DNA from: Macrostomum hystrix
Taxonomy: Eukaryota > Animalia > Platyhelminthes
Direction of reading: 5' to 3'
NCBI GenBank assembly: GCA_950097015.1
Contig: CATNEN010000001.1
Span: forward strand, 25,172,001 to 25,236,000
DNA length: 64,000 nucleotides
The translations under genes and the position numbers were made by a program. Shown here piece after piece: positions 15,420-27,123 of the stretch; the stretch's first letter is position 1, and the number at the start of each line of letters is the position of its first letter. The notes under the pieces are model-generated. The model was not told the DNA's origin and made no database searches. It saw only the letters and a program-made list of their open reading frames with translations.

Positions 15420-16691
15420 TCAGAAGCGCCTGGCGTGCAGCTTGCAGTAGGCCTTGCCGTCCTTCGGTGCGAACGGCTTGCCCTCCAGGCAGGTGCCGCA
15501 CACGGCGCAGCAGAAGCACTCGGCGTGGTAAGTGCCGCCAAGAACCTCAATAAAGCGGTCGATTGGCGCGATGGCCTCGTGGCACTTGGCGCACTTGGTG
15601 AAGAACAGGTCGCCCCAGTCCTTCTCGCAGTAGGGCCGGTTGTCCTCCACTCGGAACTTCCGGCCGGCGATGCTCTGCCGGCAGTGGGCGCATACGAAGC
15701 ACTGGCGGTGGAAGTACTGGTCCATGGCATGCACGCTCTCGTTCACAATGGTCTGGTGGCAGCCGCCGCAGCGAGGCGCCAGCAGACGGACGTAATCGTC
15801 CTCGCAGTAGAGCTGGTTGGCCTCCTCGACGAAGCCGCAGGGCTCGAGGTTCCTTCCGCAGACGCTGCAGTTGAAGTGGTCGGGGCAGAAGCACTTGTCG
15901 AGCGCTACGAGGAACGGACCGCGGATCACAGAACCGCAGACGGCACACACCGGAACGCCTCCGGCTGTCTGATGCGTGCGACGCTGGGCCTCACCTCGGC
16001 GACTGCGGCCCGACAGACCGACGCCGCCGCCAGCTGCGTGCGCCATTGGCGCTGGCGGTGGCGGAGCAGGCGGCGAGAAATGAGGCTGATGATGCTGCTG
16101 CTGATGATGCTGTTGCTGATGATGCTGCTGCTGATGATGCTGTTGCTGATGATGCTGTTGCTGATGATGCTGCTGCTGTGGATAGTGCGGCTGCTGCGGC
16201 GAGTGCACGGCGCGAGGCTGCGAGAAATTCAGAGCCGGCGCTGGCTGGTGATAATAGCGAGCCGATGGTGACGACGGTGAAGCGGCTGCCGCTGGCATCC
16301 AAGTGGTGCTGCTCACGTTGCCAGCTGTCTGGCGCACCGGCGGGCTGTAGGGCGCCATGACCACCGGCTGGTAGTGAACCTGCTGCTGCTTCTGCGGCTG
16401 CGGTTGAAAGTAGGTGTGGTTGAGGCCACCTCCGCCGGGCACGAGACCCAACTCGAGCTCATTGCCGCAGCGGATGACGGCCTGCTGAGCCTGCTGGTGC
16501 GTCCAGTGGCCGGCGGGGTCGCCGCCGATGCTGACTACGAGATCGCCGACGCAGATGCCGTGTCGCTGCGCCATGCCGCCTTTGCTCACCTTCTGAATTG
16601 TCAGGGCGGCGTTGAAGTCGCGTCCGCCCTGCAGACGGAAGCCCCAGGGGGTGCCGGAATCGGCGCGAGTCATGCGCACCTGGCTGGACAT
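15420..16691 (-). CDS. PDZ + 3 LIM domain protein (Enigma/PDLIM5/7/LDB3/Zasp family), single-exon CDS
   Basis: N-terminal PDZ (PWGFRLQGGRDFNAALTIQKV), Q/H-rich linker, three C-terminal LIM domains (CxxC...HxxxFxCxxC...CxxD/H). Confidence 0.93.
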   Translation of the reverse strand: MSSQVRMTRADSGTPWGFRLQGGRDFNAALTIQKVSKGGMAQRHGICVGDLVVSIGGDPAGHWTHQQAQQAVIRCGNELELGLVPGGGGLNHTYFQPQPQKQQQVHYQPVVMAPYSPPVRQTAGNVSSTTWMPAAAASPSSPSARYYHQPAPALNFSQPRAVHSPQQPHYPQQQHHQQQHHQQQHHQQQHHQQQHHQQQHHQPHFSPPAPPPPAPMAHAAGGGVGLSGRSRRGEAQRRTHQTAGGVPVCAVCGSVIRGPFLVALDKCFCPDHFNCSVCGRNLEPCGFVEEANQLYCEDDYVRLLAPRCGGCHQTIVNESVHAMDQYFHRQCFVCAHCRQSIAGRKFRVEDNRPYCEKDWGDLFFTKCAKCHEAIAPIDRFIEVLGGTYHAECFCCAVCGTCLEGKPFAPKDGKAYCKLHARRF

Positions 16692-17344
16692 TGCTGCTCT
16701 GTGGTCACTGGCCCCTGAAGAATAGGTAAGACTTATGCGTCTGACAAGTTCGCTGCATAAAGGCTGTATAAATATACCTGCAGCAGCAGCAGCAGCAGCA
16801 GCATTCCTTACAGATCAATTCGGGATGCGGAACTGTACATTTGCTCCGCTTGTGCATTGTCGAGGCCAGCACGCCGCTTGTCGCGAAAGGAAAGTTCACA
16901 AACCAGCAACAACCGGACCCAGGGACTTGGCTAGGCAGAAGGGTAAGGAAGGAATCGTATGGTTCTTCTGTTCATTGATCGATTGCAGCTCTGCATGCGT
17001 GCCGAGGCCTGCTTGTGTGTCGAAAAGCGAACGGCCAAGCTGGCTACGAAGACCTTTTCCAGCTGCACATTTGGTTGGGGTTGGGCAGTCAATCTGGGCT
17101 CCTGAAATCCTGCTGGCTCGGTCCACAAAGGCTTGACCTTATGACTGTACTAAGTAGCTGGGAGCATGGAGAAATCCAATTGCGAAGAGCGTTGAATTTC
17201 TGTGTGTGAATCTGCAGCGCCATTCACCAAGACGATGAAGAACCTTTTTGAATTTTCGAGAATACAATATACGATTGATTACAAACTTTGATTTTTGTGT
17301 TCTACTTTAGAAAAGCTGCGTTCAATTAAAGAAAATTAAAGGAT

Positions 17345-17790
17345 CACTCGATTTAGAGCCAAAGACCACTTGATCAAGAACCAAAGACCACTCGATCAAG
17401 AACCATAGACCACTCGATCAAGAATTAAAGACCACTCGATCAAGAACCAAAGACCACTCGATTTAGAGCCAAATACCACTCGATTTAGAACCAAAGACCA
17501 CTCGATCAAGAACCATAGACCACTCGATTTAGAGCCAAAGACCACTCGATCAAGAACCAAAGACCACTCGATCAAGAACCAAAGACCACTCGATCAAAAT
17601 CCAAAGACCACTCGATCAAAATCCAAAGACCACTCGATCAAGAACCAAAGACCACTCGATCAAGAACTATAGAACACTCGATCAAGAACCAAAGACCACT
17701 CGATCAAGAACTATAGAACACTCGATCAAGAACCATAGACCACTCGATCAAGAACCAAAGACCACTCGATCAAGAACCAAAGACCATTCG
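17345..17790. repeat. 22-bp minisatellite (ACTCGATCAAGAACCAAAGACC)n
   Basis: Directly visible. Confidence 0.93.
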
Positions 17791-18588
17791 ATTAATAACA
17801 TTTGACAACTCGCTCAATTTAAAGCCATTGGCCACTAGAATAAGAACGCGATAGATCACTAGATTAAGAACCAATGGTATGGCTTATCAAAAGATTTATA
17901 ACGGAGAGTATGAGTTAATCTTGACAGCCATTGAGCGATAGTCTTCTGCTAAATTACGTTATATTGATAATAATCGTTTTTCTTAAGTCTGTGTTTCCAA
18001 TAGTTTTCACCGAAAATGTGTCACTTTAAGTTTAAGTTTTTTTATTGCAAATACTTCCCTATAACACAAGATCGTGTAAAAGATGCAATGAAATAAGACA
18101 CTCTGGGACCTCTTAGGCCATCTGAGATCAAGGTATTTTTTACAGCCAAGAATTACAGATTTGAACCCGTGGTTACTTAAAAATTTCGGAGATTCACGAT
18201 GCAAGTGCAAGTATAACAAAGCCTATATAAGCTGTACAAAACAAGTGGCTTGAAATTTTATTTTCTACGCAGTACAGAGTGAATGTAAATAAAAGTACAT
18301 GTAATATGTAATACATTTAATACATGTAAAATGGGAGATTCTAATAGGCGTTAAAAAGTACAAGAAAGTAATTATTTTGACAGTGATATAACAATAGATC
18401 CTTTTGTTTCGCTGTCACAGCTAGTTTAATAAAAATATGTGCAGCTCCTTCAGAATCGCAAGTCGTGATCTCGTCAGAGTAAACTTCGTCTAAATGACGC
18501 TTAACACCTGGGTACTTACGAAGGTCTTTGAGTTGTTCAATGTGAGCAAAAATAAGAATCTGATCTTTGGATCTGGAACACCGATGGG

Positions 18589-21469
18589 CTACACCTGATA
18601 TCGCACCGTGACCCGTTGCAGCCGGTTCACAATGTCATCCTTGGTGTCCTCCTGAACGCGCCTCTGCTGATACCGGGGCACCTTGGACCAGTCGAAGTAG
18701 GTGAACTCCATGGGTGTCTTGCGCTGCCGCCTGCGCTCGTAGGCCTCTTCCGCCGAGTCAGTCGCCGGCTGATGACTGCGCGTGGGTGCGGCAGTGGATT
18801 CGAGACGATTCAATTCAAGTAAAAATTTCAACTTCAGAAATCCAAGTGTTCAAAAGCGCTCACACGTCGCGTGTATCCGCATCGGCTCTCTGCCCCGAAG
18901 ACCTGGTCCGAATGCCAGCCCTGCTGGGCTTTGCCGCCGCCTCCCCGCCTTCCACTTTGGCTGGCGGGCAGCTGCGAGTCTCCACCCGGCTGCCGAAGGC
19001 GAGCCGATCCCGCACCAGCTGGTTCTCCGTGTCAAACATGCGCTGCGCCTTCATGCGCTCGTTGAATGTGACCTCTGCGGGATTGGGACAGCAGGGTCCT
19101 GATTTGTCTAAGCACCTGCCTGAGTCTGCCTGGGCGCCACAATGTCACGAACTACTAAAGTACATGTCGAATGGTATTGACACATGACTGTGATGGAAAC
19201 CAGCCTCCTAAAACCAAAAGTCTGACTATGTGCCTGTCTTGCTACATCTGTGTCTTATGTGTCCGAAGTTTTGTCTTCGCTACCTGTCTGACGTCAGCTG
19301 TCTGTCTATCAGCTGTCTATCAGCTGTGTAACACACTAAAAGTGGGGAACGAACCTCGCGCTGGCAGGCCGAGACCGGTTTCTGGCTTGCTTGCCTTCGT
19401 CACACGCAGTCCTCTCCCACCACTATTGCTGTGCACAGAAGTCTCTTTTAGCCTTGCCATTTTTATGGCGATACTTTTTTGTGATATGTGAGAGTTTTGC
19501 AGCCAAGTCTTTGCTTTTCTACTGTTATCAGTAGTCTGAATTGTATTTCTGTCCGCCTGAATATCAGCTGTCTGTCTGTCTATGAGTTGCGTGTCTGTCT
19601 GTACCCAAAGGAAATCGCGGTTCTCACCATGCCTATCGAGCACCTTCACGGAGGGCAGGTGGAAGATGACATAGTCCCTATAATTTTTCTCCTGAGCCAC
19701 CGGATTGTCGAACAGAGCTGCATTCGAGTACAATTGAAATGGAGCTCGTTGAAGTTTAACGTGATTGAGTAAGGCCTTTCGCAACATTTAAATGTAATAT
19801 AGTTATTGTGCTCAACTAGAAAAATGTGAGCAGGAATATGAGTGCATCGACTGCTGTGGAGCATGCAAAATACCGCGTAGTTCAGTGTGCGATAACGTTT
19901 AAGCAATAAAGTTCTCGAGAGATAAATGTGAACAGAAAATGAAGATGAGAAAAAGGGCCTACTTTGTAGCAGTAGAGGTAACATATTCAGTTTTTCATGT
20001 CATTTCACATAAAAGTTTTGAACCCATTGTATCTTGTTTATATGTGATGACTTGACACAAAAATTCATAGTGAAACATTGGTTAAAGGATTTTTGGTGTT
20101 TTTTTATAAAAGCAAGTAATAATTGACAACTAGCTACTTACAAATGTTGAAGTCAAGCCACTGGAATGCATTGTTTTTATCGCATTAGCAAATTTAATTA
20201 TGAACTACAAAACTCGTATTTTGTAATTGGTAAGTACTCTTGATTGTTAGTAAGGCATGAGAACTGAAATAAAACTCACTCAAGGTCTCCAAGCCCTGCA
20301 TGTTCTTGAGTTCCTGCACAACTTCCTCAACCTTGCAGAGCTGATTGTTATGCAGCAGCAGTGTTTTGAGTCCGGTGAGCTGACTTAGTGAGTCAGTGAT
20401 GGAGATCAGTCTGTTGTTGTGCAGGTACAAGTCACCGAGGCGTAAATTGTCTTTTAGACAGTCAACTTTCAAAAGCTGAAACAGGGGATTATACTTAATC
20501 AATCAGTCAATCATAATAATTCTCTCTGAATCCTGCGAACAAAGGGGATACAAATCCAGCCCACAGGGTTAGCTTTGAATATCAAACCTTGTTTCCATTT
20601 AGCCAGACCGCTTGAAGATTTGGGAAGCAGTGAAGCGATGGAATCTGACCGAGCGACCTGAAAGAGATACGATTTTGTAATCTAGTTGTAAATTTCAAAA
20701 ACAACTGCAAAACCAAAAATGCTTCGTGAATTTGTTCGTGAAGTTTTAATGGCTAATATTCGTACCAAATAACAATACTAATACTCACAACTTTCCAAGG
20801 TACAATTCTTCGACCTCAGATAGCCTCATTACTCGTTGGTTCTTCATTTGGTTTTGAAGATTCTAAAAAAATGAAAAAATTCACTTTAAGGGCGGAATAA
20901 GGTTTGGAATATGCTAAAAAATGAAGCCTTAAATTTTAGACTACGAAACTTCTTAAACTGACTATTTACTTTCATGAACATTCAATTTCGAATGGAACCA
21001 ATTTTCGGAATTATAAATGTAAGGAATTTTTTTACCCAATAAATTTCCGATCATAAAGTTCACTTAGATAAAAATGTTTTTCTATAACTTTTCAGTTGCG
21101 ATTTAAAAAATGTCTGCAGAAATTAAAGTGCTTTTTCATTTTTGGTTCCAGCTTTCATTTACTAAAAATAATAGTGTCATCAGAACCGAATAAGATTTTG
21201 AAGCTCATACGTTCTTGAAACCATCTATGCTGAAGCATTCAATTCAATATTTCTTCGACAGCTTTACTAAAAATTAAGCTTTCTTACTTATTCTAAGATT
21301 AAAATGATCTGGAGAGTCTAAAACATATAAATTAATTTTAAAAGTTCACTTTTCGACTTTTCAGAGACAGCAACATAGCCCTTGCACTTTGGGTCTAAAA
21401 TCTAAAGGTCATCAAATGTTCATTACTTGCCTGATGCAAAGCCGGATTTGCTTCTAGAATGTATTCCAT
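18589..21469 (-). CDS. LRRC72: Leucine-rich repeat-containing protein 72; exons 21469-21431, 20862-20789, 20657-20588, 20475-20280, 19717-19628, 19074-18864, 18775-18589
   Basis: LRRs (EVEELYLGK, LQAVWLNGNK, LGDLYLHNNRL, LKTLLLHNNQL), LRRcap NPVAQEKNYRDYVIFHLPSVKVLDR, and C-terminal LAFGSRV...FDWSKVP...VTVRY all resemble LRRC72; junctions join in frame. Exon 1 is least certain. Confidence 0.8.
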
Positions 21470-21904
21470 TGTGTAAGTTTCAGCAAACTGAAAGTGGAAT
21501 GTCTTTTTAATGATAGTTTAAGAATTTTTGACTATGATAATCAGGTCATATAAAAAAATTATCTTCGCAAGTTAAAATATACCCTTCGTTGCCACTGTAC
21601 ATTATACTTTAAAAAAGGAAAGAAAAAATATATAATATGTAAAAAAATTATTTATCTATCTAACCACCTTGCAAAGTAAAATAATTATTAAATATTTAGT
21701 TAATTAAACTTTGTTAAATGTAACAAATTAACTTTTCTATTTCAAAAGTGGAAAGTTTCTTGGAATAAAAACCAGAAAAAACTGATTCTCTACGTCTCCA
21801 TTAATGCGGCTTTGATAGCAATTCCTTACATCACCATTGAATTAGCTAATCAAGACAGTAATTCTTGGCTGCGAACTTAATAGAGTTCCCACAAAAGCGC
21901 TAAA
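21470..21904. promoter_or_regulatory. Putative bidirectional promoter between the LRRC72 and CLINT1 start codons (~435 bp)
   Basis: Divergent ATGs at 21469(-) and 21905(+); AT-rich spacer. Confidence 0.5.
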
Positions 21905-24900
21905 ATGCTCAGGGATGTGTTATACAAAGGAAAGGATTTGGCTGAAAAGATGTAAGTACTATTATTAATTTTAGAGTACATTGGTGCACGTCGAGACTCG
22001 GCGTGCCCATAGGCCCGGCAGACGTAATGCTTGATCCAGTGCATGTACTACAATTCAAATGTTAGATAAAATGAACGGTATAGTATTTTACTTAAAGCTA
22101 AACACCACAATACCATGGTACATCTGCAACAGCACGATGTAACTTACAAATAACAAATGCATACATGTACAACACCAAATAACCATGTACGTACCTGTAG
22201 CAGTCAATCAATAACAAAAATAAGCAAGAAATATGACTACATTTATTTTTAGGATTGTGTCATTGAGTACAGGTCTGCAAATCAGAACACATAAAGTAAT
22301 GTAGGCCCCTAATTTTCATTGGTATTTGGTTTACAAGAAATCATCACTGGAGTTTAAAAATATCAATGCTACAGTTTCTTGCTCTTATATTGGAATCCAT
22401 AATCATTAAGAGCCATGACTCGATGTTACGGACACTATAACAAATTTAATTATGAACTGTGCTTAATAAGTTATATGGGGCCTATTGGAGTTTTACATAA
22501 AATCCATAGACATGCACTAGGAACTGTTTAAAAATTTGGCTCATAAGAGTGCCACACCAAGTTAACTATTTTTGGCCTGTGCATCCCTATAGGAAAAAAA
22601 CTTCATTGCACTACGCTGCATCAAGCAACCCAATTTTGTGCCACACAAACCAGAATTGAAAAAGCCCTAGGCAATTGTTCATGATTTTTTTCTTTAGAGA
22701 TACAGGGTAATGTATCATCAACCAAACAAGAATGTGTATTTTTTAACTTCAAACCAAGCTACAGATTTTCTATTTAAGATATGATGATAAATCAAAAGCC
22801 AAGTTATAGAAAACAGTTACATCTTTCTAAAAAGTATCTGCTTTTGCTATTTTGTCAAATAGAAAAAAGTTATTCCTGCTTTTTATCTAAAACCGAACAA
22901 TGATTTTCATGTATCTTCAAACCAAACAGAGAATTTGATGTTTGGTTTTACAATTTGAGTGAGTGGTTTAATATTATTTTAAGGAGTGAACTATCATGAA
23001 TTATATAATTTGAAAGCTTTTTTCATGCTCTATAAATAACTACATTTATGGTCATTTAATTGGCAAGCAACCACATACAATCTTAGTATAGAGTACATAC
23101 TGAAAAAATGTTGTTAAAAAGTATGCTTTTGCAATAAAAATTTCTACTGAAACATCAATATCTTTCTTTCCTCTTAATGCTTCATTGTACATCATGCCTC
23201 AGCTTGTAGATAATTTCTTCAACTTTCAAATTAGTTGTTCTGTGAAACATAATAGCTTGTTTCTGTCTTGCACAAGACCAAGGAAGAAGTCAAAATTCTT
23301 GTTCAGTTTTGAAGATACACTGTTCGGTTGATGATACATTCCCTAGGGTTGTGGCTTGCTTATGGACAAAAATGATAAACTTGGCTGCCATGTCCATAGG
23401 AATATGCAACCTTATTGGAGCTAAAAGGGGTCAATATAGACAGCTTCCTACAACGTTAAAGGAAATCTATGGGGATGGACAGGGTATTCATACATTTGTT
23501 TAGATTAGCTCCAATACAGATAAGCAATACACAGCTACATATTAACATAACTGGCACATCTTTAATGTTTGTGTATGGGCAGTGCATATAAACTATGCCA
23601 GTAAATCTAGATTTTTTGTTTTTTTTACTTTTTAATTATATTTAGCTAGCTGTTGCAAAGCGATAGTTTTTACTCAGTTTTAAGCATTTTAAATAGCTTT
23701 AAAGCACCACATGAAGTTCTATTTTTTAACTTATAATTGTTTCATTTTTTTGCTTATATTGTAGCTAGTTGTGGCAGTTGCTGATGGCTTGGCCAGATAA
23801 CAAATATAAAGTTTACAAGCTTTACTGTTGCCATGTAGTATAGGTAACATAAATTCATTGAAAACATTTAAATTTTGTTGCTTCAAAAATGAAAGAATTG
23901 CTAAATGTTATGCTACCATTATAATAATTATTCTTTATAGTCTAAACCTACAATGGTTATTTATTTAACAATAATAGTACTGGTATTATGTTAGATTATT
24001 CTATATATTCTTATCCTAGCCATATAACTGATGTCTTTAAAAGTGTCAAAACTGAACCAGAATCTGGAAATAGCAAACAAGACTTGTTTGTACAACTTTT
24101 GTAGCCCCTAGTTCATGTAGATTTTTAAGAAAGCTGGTTTATTTGTAGCCAATAGCTTATGTATATAAATAATACGATTTTATTTGAATCATTTAAATTA
24201 TTTTTCTGTTTGCTAAATGCACATTTTTATGTATTGCTATTATGACGTCAATCAATCTACATGTAACAAAAAGCACATGTTGTTTCGATTAAATTATTAC
24301 TATATTGAACATATTTAGTAAATTATCAAATTCAATTAAAAACCAGGACTAATGTGGTCATGAACTACACTGACGTGGAAGCGAAAGTACGCGAAGCTAC
24401 CAACGACGATGCCTGGGGTCCGCACGGCGAACTCATGCAGGAGCTGGCCCAGTGCAGCTTCAGTCACGAACAGTTTCCTGAGGTCATGGGCATGCTGTGG
24501 AAACGAATGCTCACCAGCTCTGGCAAGAATTGGCGTCGGGTGTACAAGGTGACTGCTTGCAAGCGGATTGAGCAGTTATAAATGGTGGAATTGGCTGTGC
24601 TTGTGCTTGTATAACAATCATTTAGGGTCTGTCTGAACTTGGATAGTTTAAGATAAGTGATAATTAATCAGGTTGATTGGCACAATAGAATCCGTTTTCA
24701 GTGGTTGAGTGGCAGGCGGTCTAACGCGTTCGCCTTTCGCACCAAGGTCCCATAGCTCGATTCCGCGGCGAGGCCGCGTTAATTTCGGGAGCAGTTGCGG
24801 AGAGAAGGCTTGGGGGCTTGTCGTGCAATTCATGCATTGAGGGCCAACCTCAAAGGCACAGTGAGAGTGTAGACTGCCTGACGATGGCACACCTGCGTTC

Positions 24901-27084
24901 TTGTGTGCTCAGGAGTCAGCGGAGTTGCCTCCTCACTGGCTGCGGGTCGACTGTCACTAACTGATGTGCCCTGTGTCTGTAGGCCTCCTGCAATCATCAT
25001 GATTATTATATTTTGGAATCATTTGGAATAACTAACAACAGCAGTCCCACAAAACTCCCATGCGCCCGCAGTCGCTGCTGCTGTTGAACTACATGATCCG
25101 GCACGGCTCCGAGCGGGTTGTCACCAATGCCCGCGAGCACGGCTACGACCTGCGCTTGCTTGAGTCCTTCCAGTATATCGACGAGCGGGGCAAAGACGAG
25201 GGGATCAATGGTAAGCGGAGATTGGGATCCACGAGGGGATCAATGGTAAGCGGAGATTGGGATCAACGAGGGGATAATGTGATCCCACTTTGGTTTCAGT
25301 ATGTCAAAAATATGACATGGGCATTGTCATCATTGTAGGGATAAATTCGACTTTTTATTGGGATTATCGTAGGGATAAATTAGACTATATCGTCCTATCT
25401 TCCAAGTGCGGCAGAAGGCCCGCGAGCTCGTGGAGTTCATTCAAGACGATGCTCGCCTGCGAGAGGAGCGGCAGCTGGCCAGAAAGAACCGCGAAAAAAT
25501 CCTCGGTGGCGGCTTCAGCGGCGCTGGCGGCTATCGAGATCCCGACAAGCTCAGCGAGGACGACTTCCACTGGGGAGCCGAGGCCACGGGCGGGCCGGCT
25601 GGTCGCTCCGGCGGGGGCGTCAGCGGCAGCTCGGCACCCAACACCCTCGGCGACATCGACGACTGGCAGGCGGGCCGCTACCGCACGGTCAAAGACGAGG
25701 TCATCGATCGGGTCAAGGACTTGTGGACTTCCAAGAAGCCTCACCTGGATGACAACGATCATCAGTGAGTTGCTGATCTCTTATGCTGCTCTGGTTTTGT
25801 GGATGCCGTGCACTTTAGTTCTATTCACTTTGTTACTACCCGTGGCTATTTTTTTGAACCACTGAATTTTGCAACTTAAAGTTTTTTGACTTATAACATC
25901 AGGTGGATGGTAGTGTATTTTGTGAGGTTGGGGATGATTGGTGTGTATTCTGTGAGGTATGGGATTTTGTGAGGTTGGGGATGATTAGTGTGCATTCTGT
26001 GAGGTATGGGATTTTGTGAGGTTGGGGATGATTAGTGTGTATTCTGTGAGGCTGGTGAATGATTGGTGTGTATTCTGTGAGGTTGGTGAATGATTGGTGT
26101 GTATTCTGTGAGGCTGGTGAATGATTGGTGTGTATTCTGTGAGGTTGGTGAATGATTGGTGTGCATTCTGTGAGGTTGGTGAATGATTGGTGTGTATTCT
26201 GTGAGGTTGGTGAATGATTGGTGTGCATTCTGTGAGGTTGGTGAATGATTGGTGTGTATTCTGTGAGGTTGGTGAATAATTGGTGTGCATTCTGTGAGGT
26301 TGGTGAATGATTGGTGTGTATTCTGTGAGGTTGGTGAATGATTGGTGTGTATTGGGGTGCCTCAAGGTAAAGTATTGTTTTGCAGTATCTCATTAGATAC
26401 CTCACAAATTAATGCTGTCTGGCTTCTGAGTGTTGTACAGCTCTAACGACTAAGCTACTCAAGTGTATCCTTTACTACATTATACATGTTTGTTTACTCT
26501 GTTGTCAGTTAGCATGCAGGTGGAATGAGTGCAGTCGCTTATCACTCTATCGCAGTCCACCCACTAAACCCATTGTTGTGAACTCGGTTGCAGAAAAGTT
26601 CACAAGCTGCCAGAACGCTTGGCTGCAGCTGTGACAGCCCTGGACAAAGTGGCCCTGTCTGTGCAATACGGCCAGATTGGGTAAAACTTGTGTGCTGTGC
26701 CTGTAGGACAATATGTCACCTGTTTTTTAATGATTTTACGCTCGTAAATTTCATAAAAAATCGTTTCTTAACACGTTTCTTAATTAGCCATCATAACAGT
26801 ATTTAGTTTGCATAAATAATAATTCCACTGCTCACTCACTGTAGATAATTAAAATAACATTTTTAAACCAGATTTTTTACCCCCTTTCTTGACTACTGTT
26901 TTACCTGCTCACCTGATTGCATTAGATAGATTGATAATTAACAGTGCGTCACCTTTGATGACAAAGCCACACAGCAACTGCTGGCTAATTATCCCCTAAC
27001 ACACGAAACCTGCTCAGGGAGGAGGAATGGAACACGGTCTCAACCAACGCCAGGGATGAGGACACTTTTAACGACGACTGGCGG

Positions 27085-27123
<39 letters not shown>

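Noticed and set aside
15435-16718. Plus-strand ORFs over the PDZ-LIM gene, and antisense poly-Ser ORFs over the K2P acidic tails
   Set aside because: Shadow ORFs caused by GC-rich codon bias of the real opposite-strand CDS.
11880-17790. 20-23-bp repeat arrays as possible CRISPR arrays
   Set aside because: Units are head-to-tail with no unique spacers, there are no cas genes, and the context is eukaryotic.
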